Positions 47,808 through 56,040 of a stretch of DNA of 64,000 nucleotides are shown piece by piece (position 1 is the first letter of the stretch; every line of letters begins with the position of its first letter). Made by a program: the position numbers and the translations under genes. A model generated the notes under the pieces. That model made no database searches, was not told where the DNA came from, and saw only the letters and a program-made list of their open reading frames with translations. The DNA comes from an uncultured Nitrospiraceae bacterium (GTDB lineage: Bacteria; Nitrospirota; Thermodesulfovibrionia; Thermodesulfovibrionales; UBA6898): the NCBI GenBank assembly GCA_963811165.1, contig CAWEQH010000004.1:704001-768000 (forward strand), in the 5' to 3' direction.

Positions 47808-48896
47808 CTATATCTTAACCGTTTCGAATGCCTCCTGCGCGCTTAGCCGTTCAGCGCGGCGGCCCTGCCACATTGCTTTGAGAACGATGAAGGCCCCTAT
47901 CAGGAGCGCCGCAATCATAATGAGAAAGCTGGAGCTCTTCAGGATCTTTACCGTTGTGACGTCGATTGTCTGGATAAGACCGAGCTGCGCAAGATACACC
48001 GGCACCATCAGGCCACGGCTGAACAGGACGATGACCATGATGACTCCCATTACGACCTTGATAATGAAGGGTTTCACATAGGTTGTTCCCATGGCTCCCA
48101 ACTGGATTCCAAAGAGTGAGCCGCCCAGTATTATCATCGCCAGCCTTATATCTACGAGGCCATGCATCGCGTACTTAAACGATCCTCCAAGGCCCATGAC
48201 AAAGGCGATCACAAGTTCCGTTGCCGAGGCCATGAGGCTGGGGGCGCCCAGAACGTAGATCATCGCCGGTACGCCGATAAAGCCCCCGACCGCGATAGTT
48301 GCGGCGAGCATGCCAGTGGCGAAGCCAAGCGGGATCGTAAAGAGAACGGAGATGCGGGCATTGAGGCTCTTGAAATAGACCATAGTGCCCGGAATATTGA
48401 CCGACTGGACCCAGCGGGCAAGTTTCGTAATCTTCTCTTCTTCGTTCGTAGTCCCCGACTTATAGGTCTTCCATGCGTCCCTTAGTACGAACCCGCCGAC
48501 GACGGCAAGGATTACGACAAACGCTACACTTACATAAAGATTCGAGCCCGCGTCTCCAAAGGCCTTTTTGATGCTTTCCTGAATGTGTGCGCCGTAAAGA
48601 ACTCCTGCCTCTGCAGATATCCCGAGGACAATACCGAGCTTAACATCCACCTGGCCGTACTTGGCGCGTTTTATCGAGCCGATAAGGGCCTTAGGGAATT
48701 TGTGACACATATTGCTCGCTACTGCCACTAGTCCGGGAACGCCGAGACTCATCATACCCGGAGTGAGTACGAAGGCTCCGCCCGAACCTATGAATCCGCT
48801 TACGAGGCCGCCGACAAATCCTACGAGGAAAAGGTAGGTGATATTTACGGCATCGAGGGCTATGAAATTTGACGCCAGATTTGCGATATCGTGCAT
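47808..48896 (-). CDS. TauE/SafE (TSUP) family permease
   Basis: GFVGGLVSGFIGSGGAFVLTP repeated motif, multi-TM. Confidence 0.9.
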   Translation of the reverse strand: MHDIANLASNFIALDAVNITYLFLVGFVGGLVSGFIGSGGAFVLTPGMMSLGVPGLVAVASNMCHKFPKALIGSIKRAKYGQVDVKLGIVLGISAEAGVLYGAHIQESIKKAFGDAGSNLYVSVAFVVILAVVGGFVLRDAWKTYKSGTTNEEEKITKLARWVQSVNIPGTMVYFKSLNARISVLFTIPLGFATGMLAATIAVGGFIGVPAMIYVLGAPSLMASATELVIAFVMGLGGSFKYAMHGLVDIRLAMIILGGSLFGIQLGAMGTTYVKPFIIKVVMGVIMVIVLFSRGLMVPVYLAQLGLIQTIDVTTVKILKSSSFLIMIAALLIGAFIVLKAMWQGRRAERLSAQEAFETVKI

Positions 48897-48897
48897 G

Positions 48898-49155
48898 TTA
48901 CTTTACCTCCTTTTTCTTTTTCGAGGCCTCGATACCCAACACCGTCCAGAAATTGCCTGTAAAAGAACCATGTATGAATGAGAATAAAAATGCGGTGGCG
49001 ATGGGCAATAATGCGTACGCCCCTCCCGCTGAGAAGAACTTTGTGATAATATCTTGTTTGGTAAGCAGTAATGCGTAAAGTGCCGCTGAGAGAAGCCCCA
49101 TGATGAGCAGACTCCCATAGGGCTTCCTTTTTGTATTTTGTCTGTTTTTTGACAT
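48898..49155 (-). CDS. small two-TM conserved-type hypothetical protein
   Basis: FSFIHGSFTGNFW..LGI; coupled to the TauE gene. Confidence 0.8.
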   Translation of the reverse strand: MSKNRQNTKRKPYGSLLIMGLLSAALYALLLTKQDIITKFFSAGGAYALLPIATAFLFSFIHGSFTGNFWTVLGIEASKKKKEVK

Positions 49156-49185
49156 TATTCCTCCGTTAAAAAGATAGTTGACTTG

Positions 49186-49368
49186 TTACTTTCTTGCGGT
49201 CTTTACGACCGTCCTTACGTCCCTGTCCATCCTTCTTGTTACCCTGTTCCTTGAACCTTCACCTTTGCGCATCATTTCCCTTGCGGTCTCGAACTCACCT
49301 GCCTCGGCAAATGTCACGGCTGACATAATGTCGTCGAACCTTGCGAATAATCTTGTGAACATTTTCAT
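49186..49368 (-). CDS. 60-aa hypothetical protein with AxTFAEAGE motif
   Basis: RBS GGAGG; DDIMSAVTFAEAGEFETAREM. Confidence 0.75.
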   Translation of the reverse strand: MKMFTRLFARFDDIMSAVTFAEAGEFETAREMMRKGEGSRNRVTRRMDRDVRTVVKTARK

Positions 49369-49386
49369 TTTATTTCCTCCTTTTCT

Positions 49387-49878
49387 TTAGTTATAAGCCT
49401 CAGCCTTTAGAGGCACTGTTATATTGACGATCGGTTTTGAGATATTTTTCATCAGTTTCTTTAAATCCAGTATCTTTTTGTTCCCGGCCAGTGTCGGACT
49501 CAAAAGGACCATGTCCACTCCGGGACTCTGCTTGAGATAATCTTTTATTGCTGTTTCGGCGTCACCCAATGCCACCCGGTGTACGAGATCGACCGATATT
49601 TCTCTCGCTCTTTCGGTCATCTCACCTATCTTTTTCTTATCTGTTTCTTTGAGGGTGGTTTCCTCTGAATCAAGGAGGGTCTTGACGGTATTGAAATCTC
49701 CTGCTTCGGCAAACGCAGCAACGGACATTGCCTCCTCAAAACTAATTAACACGTACTTTGGGTATACCACCAGCACCGCGATATTTGAATTAAGCGCTTT
49801 TGCAAGCTCCAGGACATATGAGAACCCTCCGTCGCAGTTTTCACCTCCTTTAGTTACGAATAATATTTTTTCTTTCAT
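49387..49878 (-). CDS. USP-like protein carrying an FAEAGD motif
   Basis: USP-like beta/alpha pattern; EEAMSVAAFAEAGDFNTV. Confidence 0.75.
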   Translation of the reverse strand: MKEKILFVTKGGENCDGGFSYVLELAKALNSNIAVLVVYPKYVLISFEEAMSVAAFAEAGDFNTVKTLLDSEETTLKETDKKKIGEMTERAREISVDLVHRVALGDAETAIKDYLKQSPGVDMVLLSPTLAGNKKILDLKKLMKNISKPIVNITVPLKAEAYN

Positions 49879-49913
49879 AATTTTTTGCCTCCTCGCAATC
49901 TTATATCATTGTT

Positions 49914-49999
49914 ATCCAAAAGGTGTGCCACTTTGTAACTATTTGAAAGTAAATGGAAAACTCTGAATAGAATACAAATGGTCTGTTTCACTATGAAAC
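49914..49999 (-). promoter_or_regulatory. putative sigma54 promoter and upstream activator palindrome
   Basis: TGGCAC-ACCTT-TTGGA (49930-49915; -12 element deviates from TTGC); GTTTCA-ctat-GAAAC dyad ~49985-49999. Confidence 0.55.
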
Positions 50000-50121
50000 G
50001 TAAGTGAACGATTTTAGGCTGGTGTTCGACTACTGTAGATTAGATTGGGTTGCTAATGCGCATCCACCCTGCACGACCCAGAGTGAATCTTGTATTAATG
50101 ATTAGTGACGGGCCGAATGGA

Positions 50122-51477
50122 TTACTTTTTTAGTATCCGCCAGAGGCTGGTCCTCGAAATGCCCAGTAGTTCCGCTGCCTTTGACTTATTGTTGTCGACA
50201 TATTCGAGTATCTTTTCTGCATAGTCTTTATTGAGCTCATCGATTGTCCTAAGTCTATTTGGATCTATGGTTTCAATTTGAAACAGCCTGATGGTTTGCG
50301 GGAGACTTTCGGGTGTTATCAGCGGGGTTTTCTCAAGAATGACGGCCCTCTCTATGATATTTTCGAGTTCCCTCACATTTCCAGGGAACCCATAGTTCAT
50401 AAATATTTCCATCGCTTCTTTATTAAAGCCGGTTACCTTTTTGGTGGACTTTCGGGAATGTTTATCGAGAAAATATTTGCTCAGTGGAGCAATGTCCTCT
50501 TTTCTCTCTCTTAAAGGCGGAATATATATGTCCATTACGTTAAGCCTGTAATAAAGATCTTCCCTGAACCTGCCGTCTGAGATGAGGGTGCTAAGGTTCT
50601 GGTTTGTGGCGGCTATGAACCTGACATCCACTGAAATAGAACGCGTACCCCCAACCCTCATGAACTGCCTGTCCTCGATCACTTTAAGCAGCTTTGCCTG
50701 GAGGGCCGTGGACATCTCCGCTATTTCATCGAGGAAAAGCGTTCCATTATCGGCGATCTCCAGCAGGCCCTGTTTGGCAACGACCGCCCCCGTGAAGGCC
50801 CCTTTTTCATGACCGAATAGTTCGCTGGCAAGAAGTTCTTCAGTGAAGATTGCGCAGTTGAGGGCAAGAAAGGGCATCTCCTTCCGTTTGCTCGTATAAT
50901 GGATGAGCTTTGCCACGAGACCCTTGCCAGTCCCGCTTTCCCCGGTGATGAGGACATTGCAGTCGGAACTCTGGATGCCGGTGATGATGTCTATGACCCT
51001 TTTCATCACCTTGCTCTTTGCGATAAAAGAGAACCCGCCGACAGTCTTTTTCTCCGAAGAGGGGAAGGACGGGTTGAGGGAGACCTTAAGGGCTATGTTC
51101 TCTTTTTCCAGTCTTTTTTTTTCCTCGATTTTTTTTATCTTGAGGTCCAGCTCTTCGAGGTTGAAGGGCTTTGTGATGTAGTCTGTTGCCCCTTTCGTCA
51201 TCGCGTTTACGGCGGACTCTATGCTACCGAAACCGGTGACGATAATAACGTCTATATCAGGATAGTTGTCTTTGACCTTGGATAAAAGGGTGATCCCGTC
51301 GATGCCCGGCATTTTTATGTCGGCAATGAGGATATCGAACTCTTCACCTTCGATCTTCTTAAGCGCATCGAGACCGTTTTTTACCGCGACGATCTCATAG
51401 CCGTTTTTCTCAAGCGCATAGGTGAGATGTTTGAGCGTTATTTCTTCGTCATCTGCGATCAGTATTTTCAGTTTCAT
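50122..51477 (-). CDS. sigma54-dependent response regulator (NtrC family)
   Basis: REC + GESGTGK, ELFGHEKGAFTGA, FREDLYYRLNV, Fis HTH. Confidence 0.96.
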   Translation of the reverse strand: MKLKILIADDEEITLKHLTYALEKNGYEIVAVKNGLDALKKIEGEEFDILIADIKMPGIDGITLLSKVKDNYPDIDVIIVTGFGSIESAVNAMTKGATDYITKPFNLEELDLKIKKIEEKKRLEKENIALKVSLNPSFPSSEKKTVGGFSFIAKSKVMKRVIDIITGIQSSDCNVLITGESGTGKGLVAKLIHYTSKRKEMPFLALNCAIFTEELLASELFGHEKGAFTGAVVAKQGLLEIADNGTLFLDEIAEMSTALQAKLLKVIEDRQFMRVGGTRSISVDVRFIAATNQNLSTLISDGRFREDLYYRLNVMDIYIPPLRERKEDIAPLSKYFLDKHSRKSTKKVTGFNKEAMEIFMNYGFPGNVRELENIIERAVILEKTPLITPESLPQTIRLFQIETIDPNRLRTIDELNKDYAEKILEYVDNNKSKAAELLGISRTSLWRILKK

Positions 51478-53029
51478 GAATTTTCGGCAACGTTATGGTG
51501 AATGTTGTCCCTTTGTAAGGTTGGCTGTTTACCTCTATTTTTCCCTTATGCTTTTCTATTATATTGTATACGATAGCGAGCCCCAGCCCAGTGCCTTTTT
51601 CCTTTGTCGTGAAGAAGGGGTCGAATATCCTCGAGATGTCCTTGGGGAGGATGCCCTTGCCGGTATCGGAAACATTGATGACAACAGCCTGGTCGTCCTC
51701 GACGAGCGAAATATTCAAGAGGCCTTTTCCTTCCATGGCGTCTGCGGCGTTGCCGAAGAGGTTGATGAAGACCTGTTCCAAGAGATGCCGGTCCGCATCG
51801 ATTTCGACGACGCCGGGAGAGTCCAACACATAATTTATCCCGGCTATTTCTCCTGAGGACTTCATCTGGCTGACCACGTTTTCTATTATGCCGCCGATAT
51901 TTGTCGCACGAAGCTCAGGCGGTTTTTCCCTGGAGAATTCGAGGAGGTCGTTTACGATCCTCTTGACCCTGAGGGTCTGGGAAAAGATGTCGCCCACCGT
52001 CTCTTTGATCATGGGCGAGCAGACTTCCTGACCGATTTCCTTGGAGAGTATCTGCGCGGCCAGATAGATGTTGTTGAGAGGATTATTCAATTCATGGGCC
52101 ACTCCGGAGGCCAGAGTGCCGATGGAGGCGAGTTTCCTGCTTTGCAGGAGTTCCTCGTTCTTTTTATCTATTTCCTGGTCGCGCGCGATCAGGTCCCGTT
52201 CCATATCGTTGAATGAGTTAATGAGTATGCCGACCTCATCCTGTTCCACCGGGACCGAGAGAGAGGAAAAATCGCCCTTGCCGGCCTTCTCTATGGCTCC
52301 GGTCAATATCTTAAGCCTTTTTACGGCGCTTTGACTTATCACAAAAAGGGCAGCGAGGCCCACCGCCAGAAACATGGGAAAAAGTATGAGGACCGCGGTC
52401 TGAAAAATCCTGATCGAACTGTCGACCTTGTCCCTGGCCGACTTATCAAGGTCCGTAGAGAGTATCAGTATCTCCTCTCCGTTTTTGCGGAGCGCGCTCA
52501 GTTGCGCATCCAGTTTCCTCAAGTCCCTGATTAGCTGCTCGACACCCCCGCGGGAGAAGAGCTTTTCGATGAGTTCGGCATTTACAAGGGGACGCTCGAG
52601 GAAGGTCGATTCCATCAGTCTGAAAAAGACGGAGTACTGGGAATGCCTCTCCTTGAGCCCGTTGAATTCCTCTTCGAAGTCCCATTTCAATTTCTCGATG
52701 CTGTTGAACCTCTGGCTGTATTCCTCGATCTTCGTCTGCAGTTTGACGACGCTCCCCGTCCTGTACGCGGGGCCTGTCTGGGCAAGGGTCGTCTTTAGAT
52801 CCAGCAGGTAGAGACGGACGTTATCGCTCTCTTTGCTGTCGCCATAGAGGAGAAAGTTTTTTTCGTGCCTCCTAAGCAGGAGGGACTTGGAACGCACCGT
52901 GTCGGAGAGTTCGAGATAGCGGATCTCCTTTCGTATCCCCACAAAATTGATATAGGCCGATATGGCCAGTACCGCGATGATCATCGAACTGATCAAAAAA
53001 CTAAGGATTATTTTTTTCTTTAAAGACAT
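51449..53029 (-). CDS. membrane sensor histidine kinase with HAMP domain
   Basis: Two TM segments, RRHEKNFLLY, AHELNNPL, DPFFTTK, GTGLGL. Confidence 0.95.
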   Translation of the reverse strand: MSLKKKIILSFLISSMIIAVLAISAYINFVGIRKEIRYLELSDTVRSKSLLLRRHEKNFLLYGDSKESDNVRLYLLDLKTTLAQTGPAYRTGSVVKLQTKIEEYSQRFNSIEKLKWDFEEEFNGLKERHSQYSVFFRLMESTFLERPLVNAELIEKLFSRGGVEQLIRDLRKLDAQLSALRKNGEEILILSTDLDKSARDKVDSSIRIFQTAVLILFPMFLAVGLAALFVISQSAVKRLKILTGAIEKAGKGDFSSLSVPVEQDEVGILINSFNDMERDLIARDQEIDKKNEELLQSRKLASIGTLASGVAHELNNPLNNIYLAAQILSKEIGQEVCSPMIKETVGDIFSQTLRVKRIVNDLLEFSREKPPELRATNIGGIIENVVSQMKSSGEIAGINYVLDSPGVVEIDADRHLLEQVFINLFGNAADAMEGKGLLNISLVEDDQAVVINVSDTGKGILPKDISRIFDPFFTTKEKGTGLGLAIVYNIIEKHKGKIEVNSQPYKGTTFTITLPKIHETENTDRR

Positions 53030-53220
53030 TTTGCCTTTTTCTTATCCCCCGGCCTGCCGCTTGAGCCTATCAGGATTTCATGATTCCCTGCAAAAATCGT
53101 GATCTGTAATTTTACCGATAACCCGGGAAAATCACAAACTGATTTCAAAAAAGGCCCCGGCTGACGGTTGCCGCAGCTTTTTTGATTGATGATACGACAG
53201 AGGGGATACATGGCCCTGTC

Positions 53221-53664
53221 CTAACACGGGACGACGAGGACCTTGCAGGGCGCATGACCGATGACACGGGAAGTTACGCTTCCCATCATGAGTCTTTTTA
53301 TCCCTGTGCGGCCATGGCTTCCCATGACTATCATATCGACCTTTTTCTTTGCCGCCTCATCGACTATGAAGCGGTAAGGTTCTTCGCCCTGATGTGCGAT
53401 AATATCGCATGATATCCCTTTTTTTTCGGCCTTTTTCTTTATCGAGTCGAGGTGGTCCTTCGTCTCTGTTTCTGCCTTCTCGACAATCTTGGGGGCGAGA
53501 GCTTCGTATTCAGGATTTACCTCTACCACTGATATAACATAAAGCCTGCTTGAGCAGACTTTTGCGATATTGATCGCCTCCTGTATCGCCGCCTCCGCCG
53601 ATTCAGAGCCGTCGGTTGCCAGGAGCAACTTCTCAAAACCGATGATCGAGCAGGATTCCTTCAT
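53221..53664 (-). CDS. universal stress protein
   Basis: LLATDGS, MGSHGRTG..MGSV. Confidence 0.93.
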   Translation of the reverse strand: MKESCSIIGFEKLLLATDGSESAEAAIQEAINIAKVCSSRLYVISVVEVNPEYEALAPKIVEKAETETKDHLDSIKKKAEKKGISCDIIAHQGEEPYRFIVDEAAKKKVDMIVMGSHGRTGIKRLMMGSVTSRVIGHAPCKVLVVPC

Positions 53665-53665
53665 C

Positions 53666-54082
53666 TTAGTGCCCTCCCGCTTTAAGAACGCCCGATGCCG
53701 CCAGCGTCAGTACCAGCACTTCAACGACGGCAAGGACTGCATAAATTGTGTCTTTTTTCCTCACGAGAATCGGGATTATCCGTATATAACAGATTATGGT
53801 TACACCCGCGAGAAAGGCGATGCCGATGAAATTCAGAAAATCTCCTTTGCCCACCATGCGCAGCCATGCCCAGCCCGGATGTATGCCGGTAGCAGCGAGG
53901 TATTTATGCACCGGCATTTTCCAGTAGTTAGGCAGGTCGTTGACTGGAATATGGGGCGTGAGTATGCCAGTGAGGTAGACGATAAAAGTCACGACGAGGA
54001 TGAGAAGTCCCAACTTCATTCCGGCGTCGAGGAGCTTCGCATAAGCGAGCTGTTCTTCTGTTGCCAATACTTTTTTATCCAT
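53666..54082 (-). CDS. DUF1634-like membrane protein
   Basis: EEQLAYA, GWAW, GDFLNF; three TM segments; follows TauE. Confidence 0.75.
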   Translation of the reverse strand: MDKKVLATEEQLAYAKLLDAGMKLGLLILVVTFIVYLTGILTPHIPVNDLPNYWKMPVHKYLAATGIHPGWAWLRMVGKGDFLNFIGIAFLAGVTIICYIRIIPILVRKKDTIYAVLAVVEVLVLTLAASGVLKAGGH

Positions 54083-54122
54083 TACTTTCCTCCCTTAATA
54101 GTATGACCGTTCATTTGGTTTC

Positions 54123-55094
54123 TCAATTCCATATGCCGAGCCCTTTGAGCAATGCCCGGGACCCGGCGAAGAGCAGCAGGCCTATAACGATATAGCGGAT
54201 TGCAGCAGGTTTTGTTCTTGCGAGGATCTGTACCCCGACGATAGAACCCAACATGATTCCGATAATCGACGGAACCACCATCATCGGCAGCACAGCTCCG
54301 TTGTTTACATATATCCAGGCAGCCGAGGTGTCTGTTATAGAGAGAAGAAATTTGCTCGTTGCAACCGAGACCTTAAGCGGCGCGCCCATCATGAGGTTAA
54401 GGACCGGCACATTCGCCCATCCTGCTCCGAGCCCGAACATACCTGCCATGACCCCTATGATAATGAAGGTGGCGAGACCTTGAGGAGTCCTATGTATCTT
54501 CCAGTTTATGTCCTGTCCTGACGATGCTTCATGGTAAACACCCGTGATTCTGAGTACCGTTGAAAGGTCGTCTGCCTGTTTTACCTCGGGATATTCGGAT
54601 TTTTTCGCCATAAGCATAATGGCGACGATACCTAAGATAGTACCGCCTAAGGCGATATTGATAATCTTTGCGGGAAGTGCCAGGCCGATCATCGCGCCCA
54701 CGATGGCGCAGGCCGATGCAATAACCGCTACGGGTATGGCCAGTCTGAGGTCAGCCATACCTTTTTTGAGCAAACCTGGACCTGCGGCCAGGGCCCCCGC
54801 CAGAGCGACCAGTAATCCCGCCCCTCTGACAAAGTCGATATGGAAGGGGAAAAATCCTGCGATAATTGGGACAAAAAGTACGCCGCCTCCGACGCCGCCT
54901 AAGACCGCAACGATACCCATAAAGAACGTAACGATAAACAGAATGAGCGGCCACGCCCACCAGGGCATCGAGGATTCTACGACCGGAACCGAAGCAGCGG
55001 ACGGTTCGCCGGCCGCAAAAACGCTGCCGGCGATCATTAAGATCGCCAATATGAGTATTGCTAAAGACAGGAATTTAAGGTTTTTTGCCAACAT
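54123..55094 (-). CDS. TauE/SafE (TSUP) family permease
   Basis: GGVGGGVLFVP, GMFGLGAGWANVP, ATS. Confidence 0.9.
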   Translation of the reverse strand: MLAKNLKFLSLAILILAILMIAGSVFAAGEPSAASVPVVESSMPWWAWPLILFIVTFFMGIVAVLGGVGGGVLFVPIIAGFFPFHIDFVRGAGLLVALAGALAAGPGLLKKGMADLRLAIPVAVIASACAIVGAMIGLALPAKIINIALGGTILGIVAIMLMAKKSEYPEVKQADDLSTVLRITGVYHEASSGQDINWKIHRTPQGLATFIIIGVMAGMFGLGAGWANVPVLNLMMGAPLKVSVATSKFLLSITDTSAAWIYVNNGAVLPMMVVPSIIGIMLGSIVGVQILARTKPAAIRYIVIGLLLFAGSRALLKGLGIWN

Positions 55095-55122
55095 GATCTT
55101 TTTTCCTTCCTCCTTTAAGTGA

Positions 55123-55884
55123 TTATCGTATTCTTTCGAATTCTGTCTGAAATTTATATCGATCGCTTCTGCCTAGGAACCTTGTGTATCCGACCGGCGT
55201 GTTGTCGGAGCTAAGCAACAGTCTGTGTACCGCAAGTACGGGGATGCCTTCCGTGAGATCGAGGTTCCTCGCCGATTCCCCCAAAGCCTGTAAGACCTCT
55301 ACTGTTTGTATTACTTTGAATATCTTTTTTAAGCCTTTTTCCTGAAGTATGGAATAAAGCGAAATATGGGCAAAATCAATCTGCTCAATGTCGGGCAGCA
55401 TATAATATGGAATGAATGACTCATCAAGGTAAGCCGGTTCTCCATTGACCGTCCTTTTGCAAAGGACGAGATAGATGTTGTCTTCGGTCCTCAGATAGGC
55501 CCTGACGTCATGGGGCGGGCCCTGGTTCCCCCTGAACAATATCTCTTTTTCAGCCTTCACCTCCTCCCCAAACATCTCTTCCGTGAAACGGGTCCGCATC
55601 GAAAGTCCGACGACGGGGAGCACACTTGTGACAAACGTGCCTTTGCCCTGAAGCTTCATGAGATACCCGTCTGAAGCAAGGTTGTTTATCGCTTGTCGCA
55701 CCGTTATTTTGCTGACATCATGTTTTTTGCATAATTCTTCTTCCGTTGGGATTTTCTGCCCCAGCTTCCACCTTAAAGCAGTAATTTCTTCGAGAAATAT
55801 TCTGGTTAGCTGGATGTAGAGTTTTTCCTGGTTATATCTATCTACTGTTTTTATTTGCAATGGCTCTGTTTCATTATGAATCAT
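55123..55884 (-). CDS. GntR (HutC/UTRA) family transcriptional regulator
   Basis: IPTEEEL...VSKITVRQA...QGKGTFV; UTRA with SLYSIL. Confidence 0.93.
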   Translation of the reverse strand: MIHNETEPLQIKTVDRYNQEKLYIQLTRIFLEEITALRWKLGQKIPTEEELCKKHDVSKITVRQAINNLASDGYLMKLQGKGTFVTSVLPVVGLSMRTRFTEEMFGEEVKAEKEILFRGNQGPPHDVRAYLRTEDNIYLVLCKRTVNGEPAYLDESFIPYYMLPDIEQIDFAHISLYSILQEKGLKKIFKVIQTVEVLQALGESARNLDLTEGIPVLAVHRLLLSSDNTPVGYTRFLGRSDRYKFQTEFERIR

Positions 55885-55902
55885 AAATACATATTATTAT
55901 AA

Positions 55903-55918
55903 TGACATTATGATGTCA
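55903..55918. promoter_or_regulatory. palindromic operator candidate overlapping the -35 (TTGACA) of the gntR promoter
   Basis: TGACATTATGATGTCA near-perfect dyad. Confidence 0.6.
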
Positions 55919-56040
55919 AGAAAATAATTCGTATAGCCTGAAAAAGAATATTATTGAAAATATGTTATGGTATATTTCTATGGGTTGTGGTTTCATAAAC
56001 CTAATTAAATACTTTATGTCTATAATGTAACACACTGATT

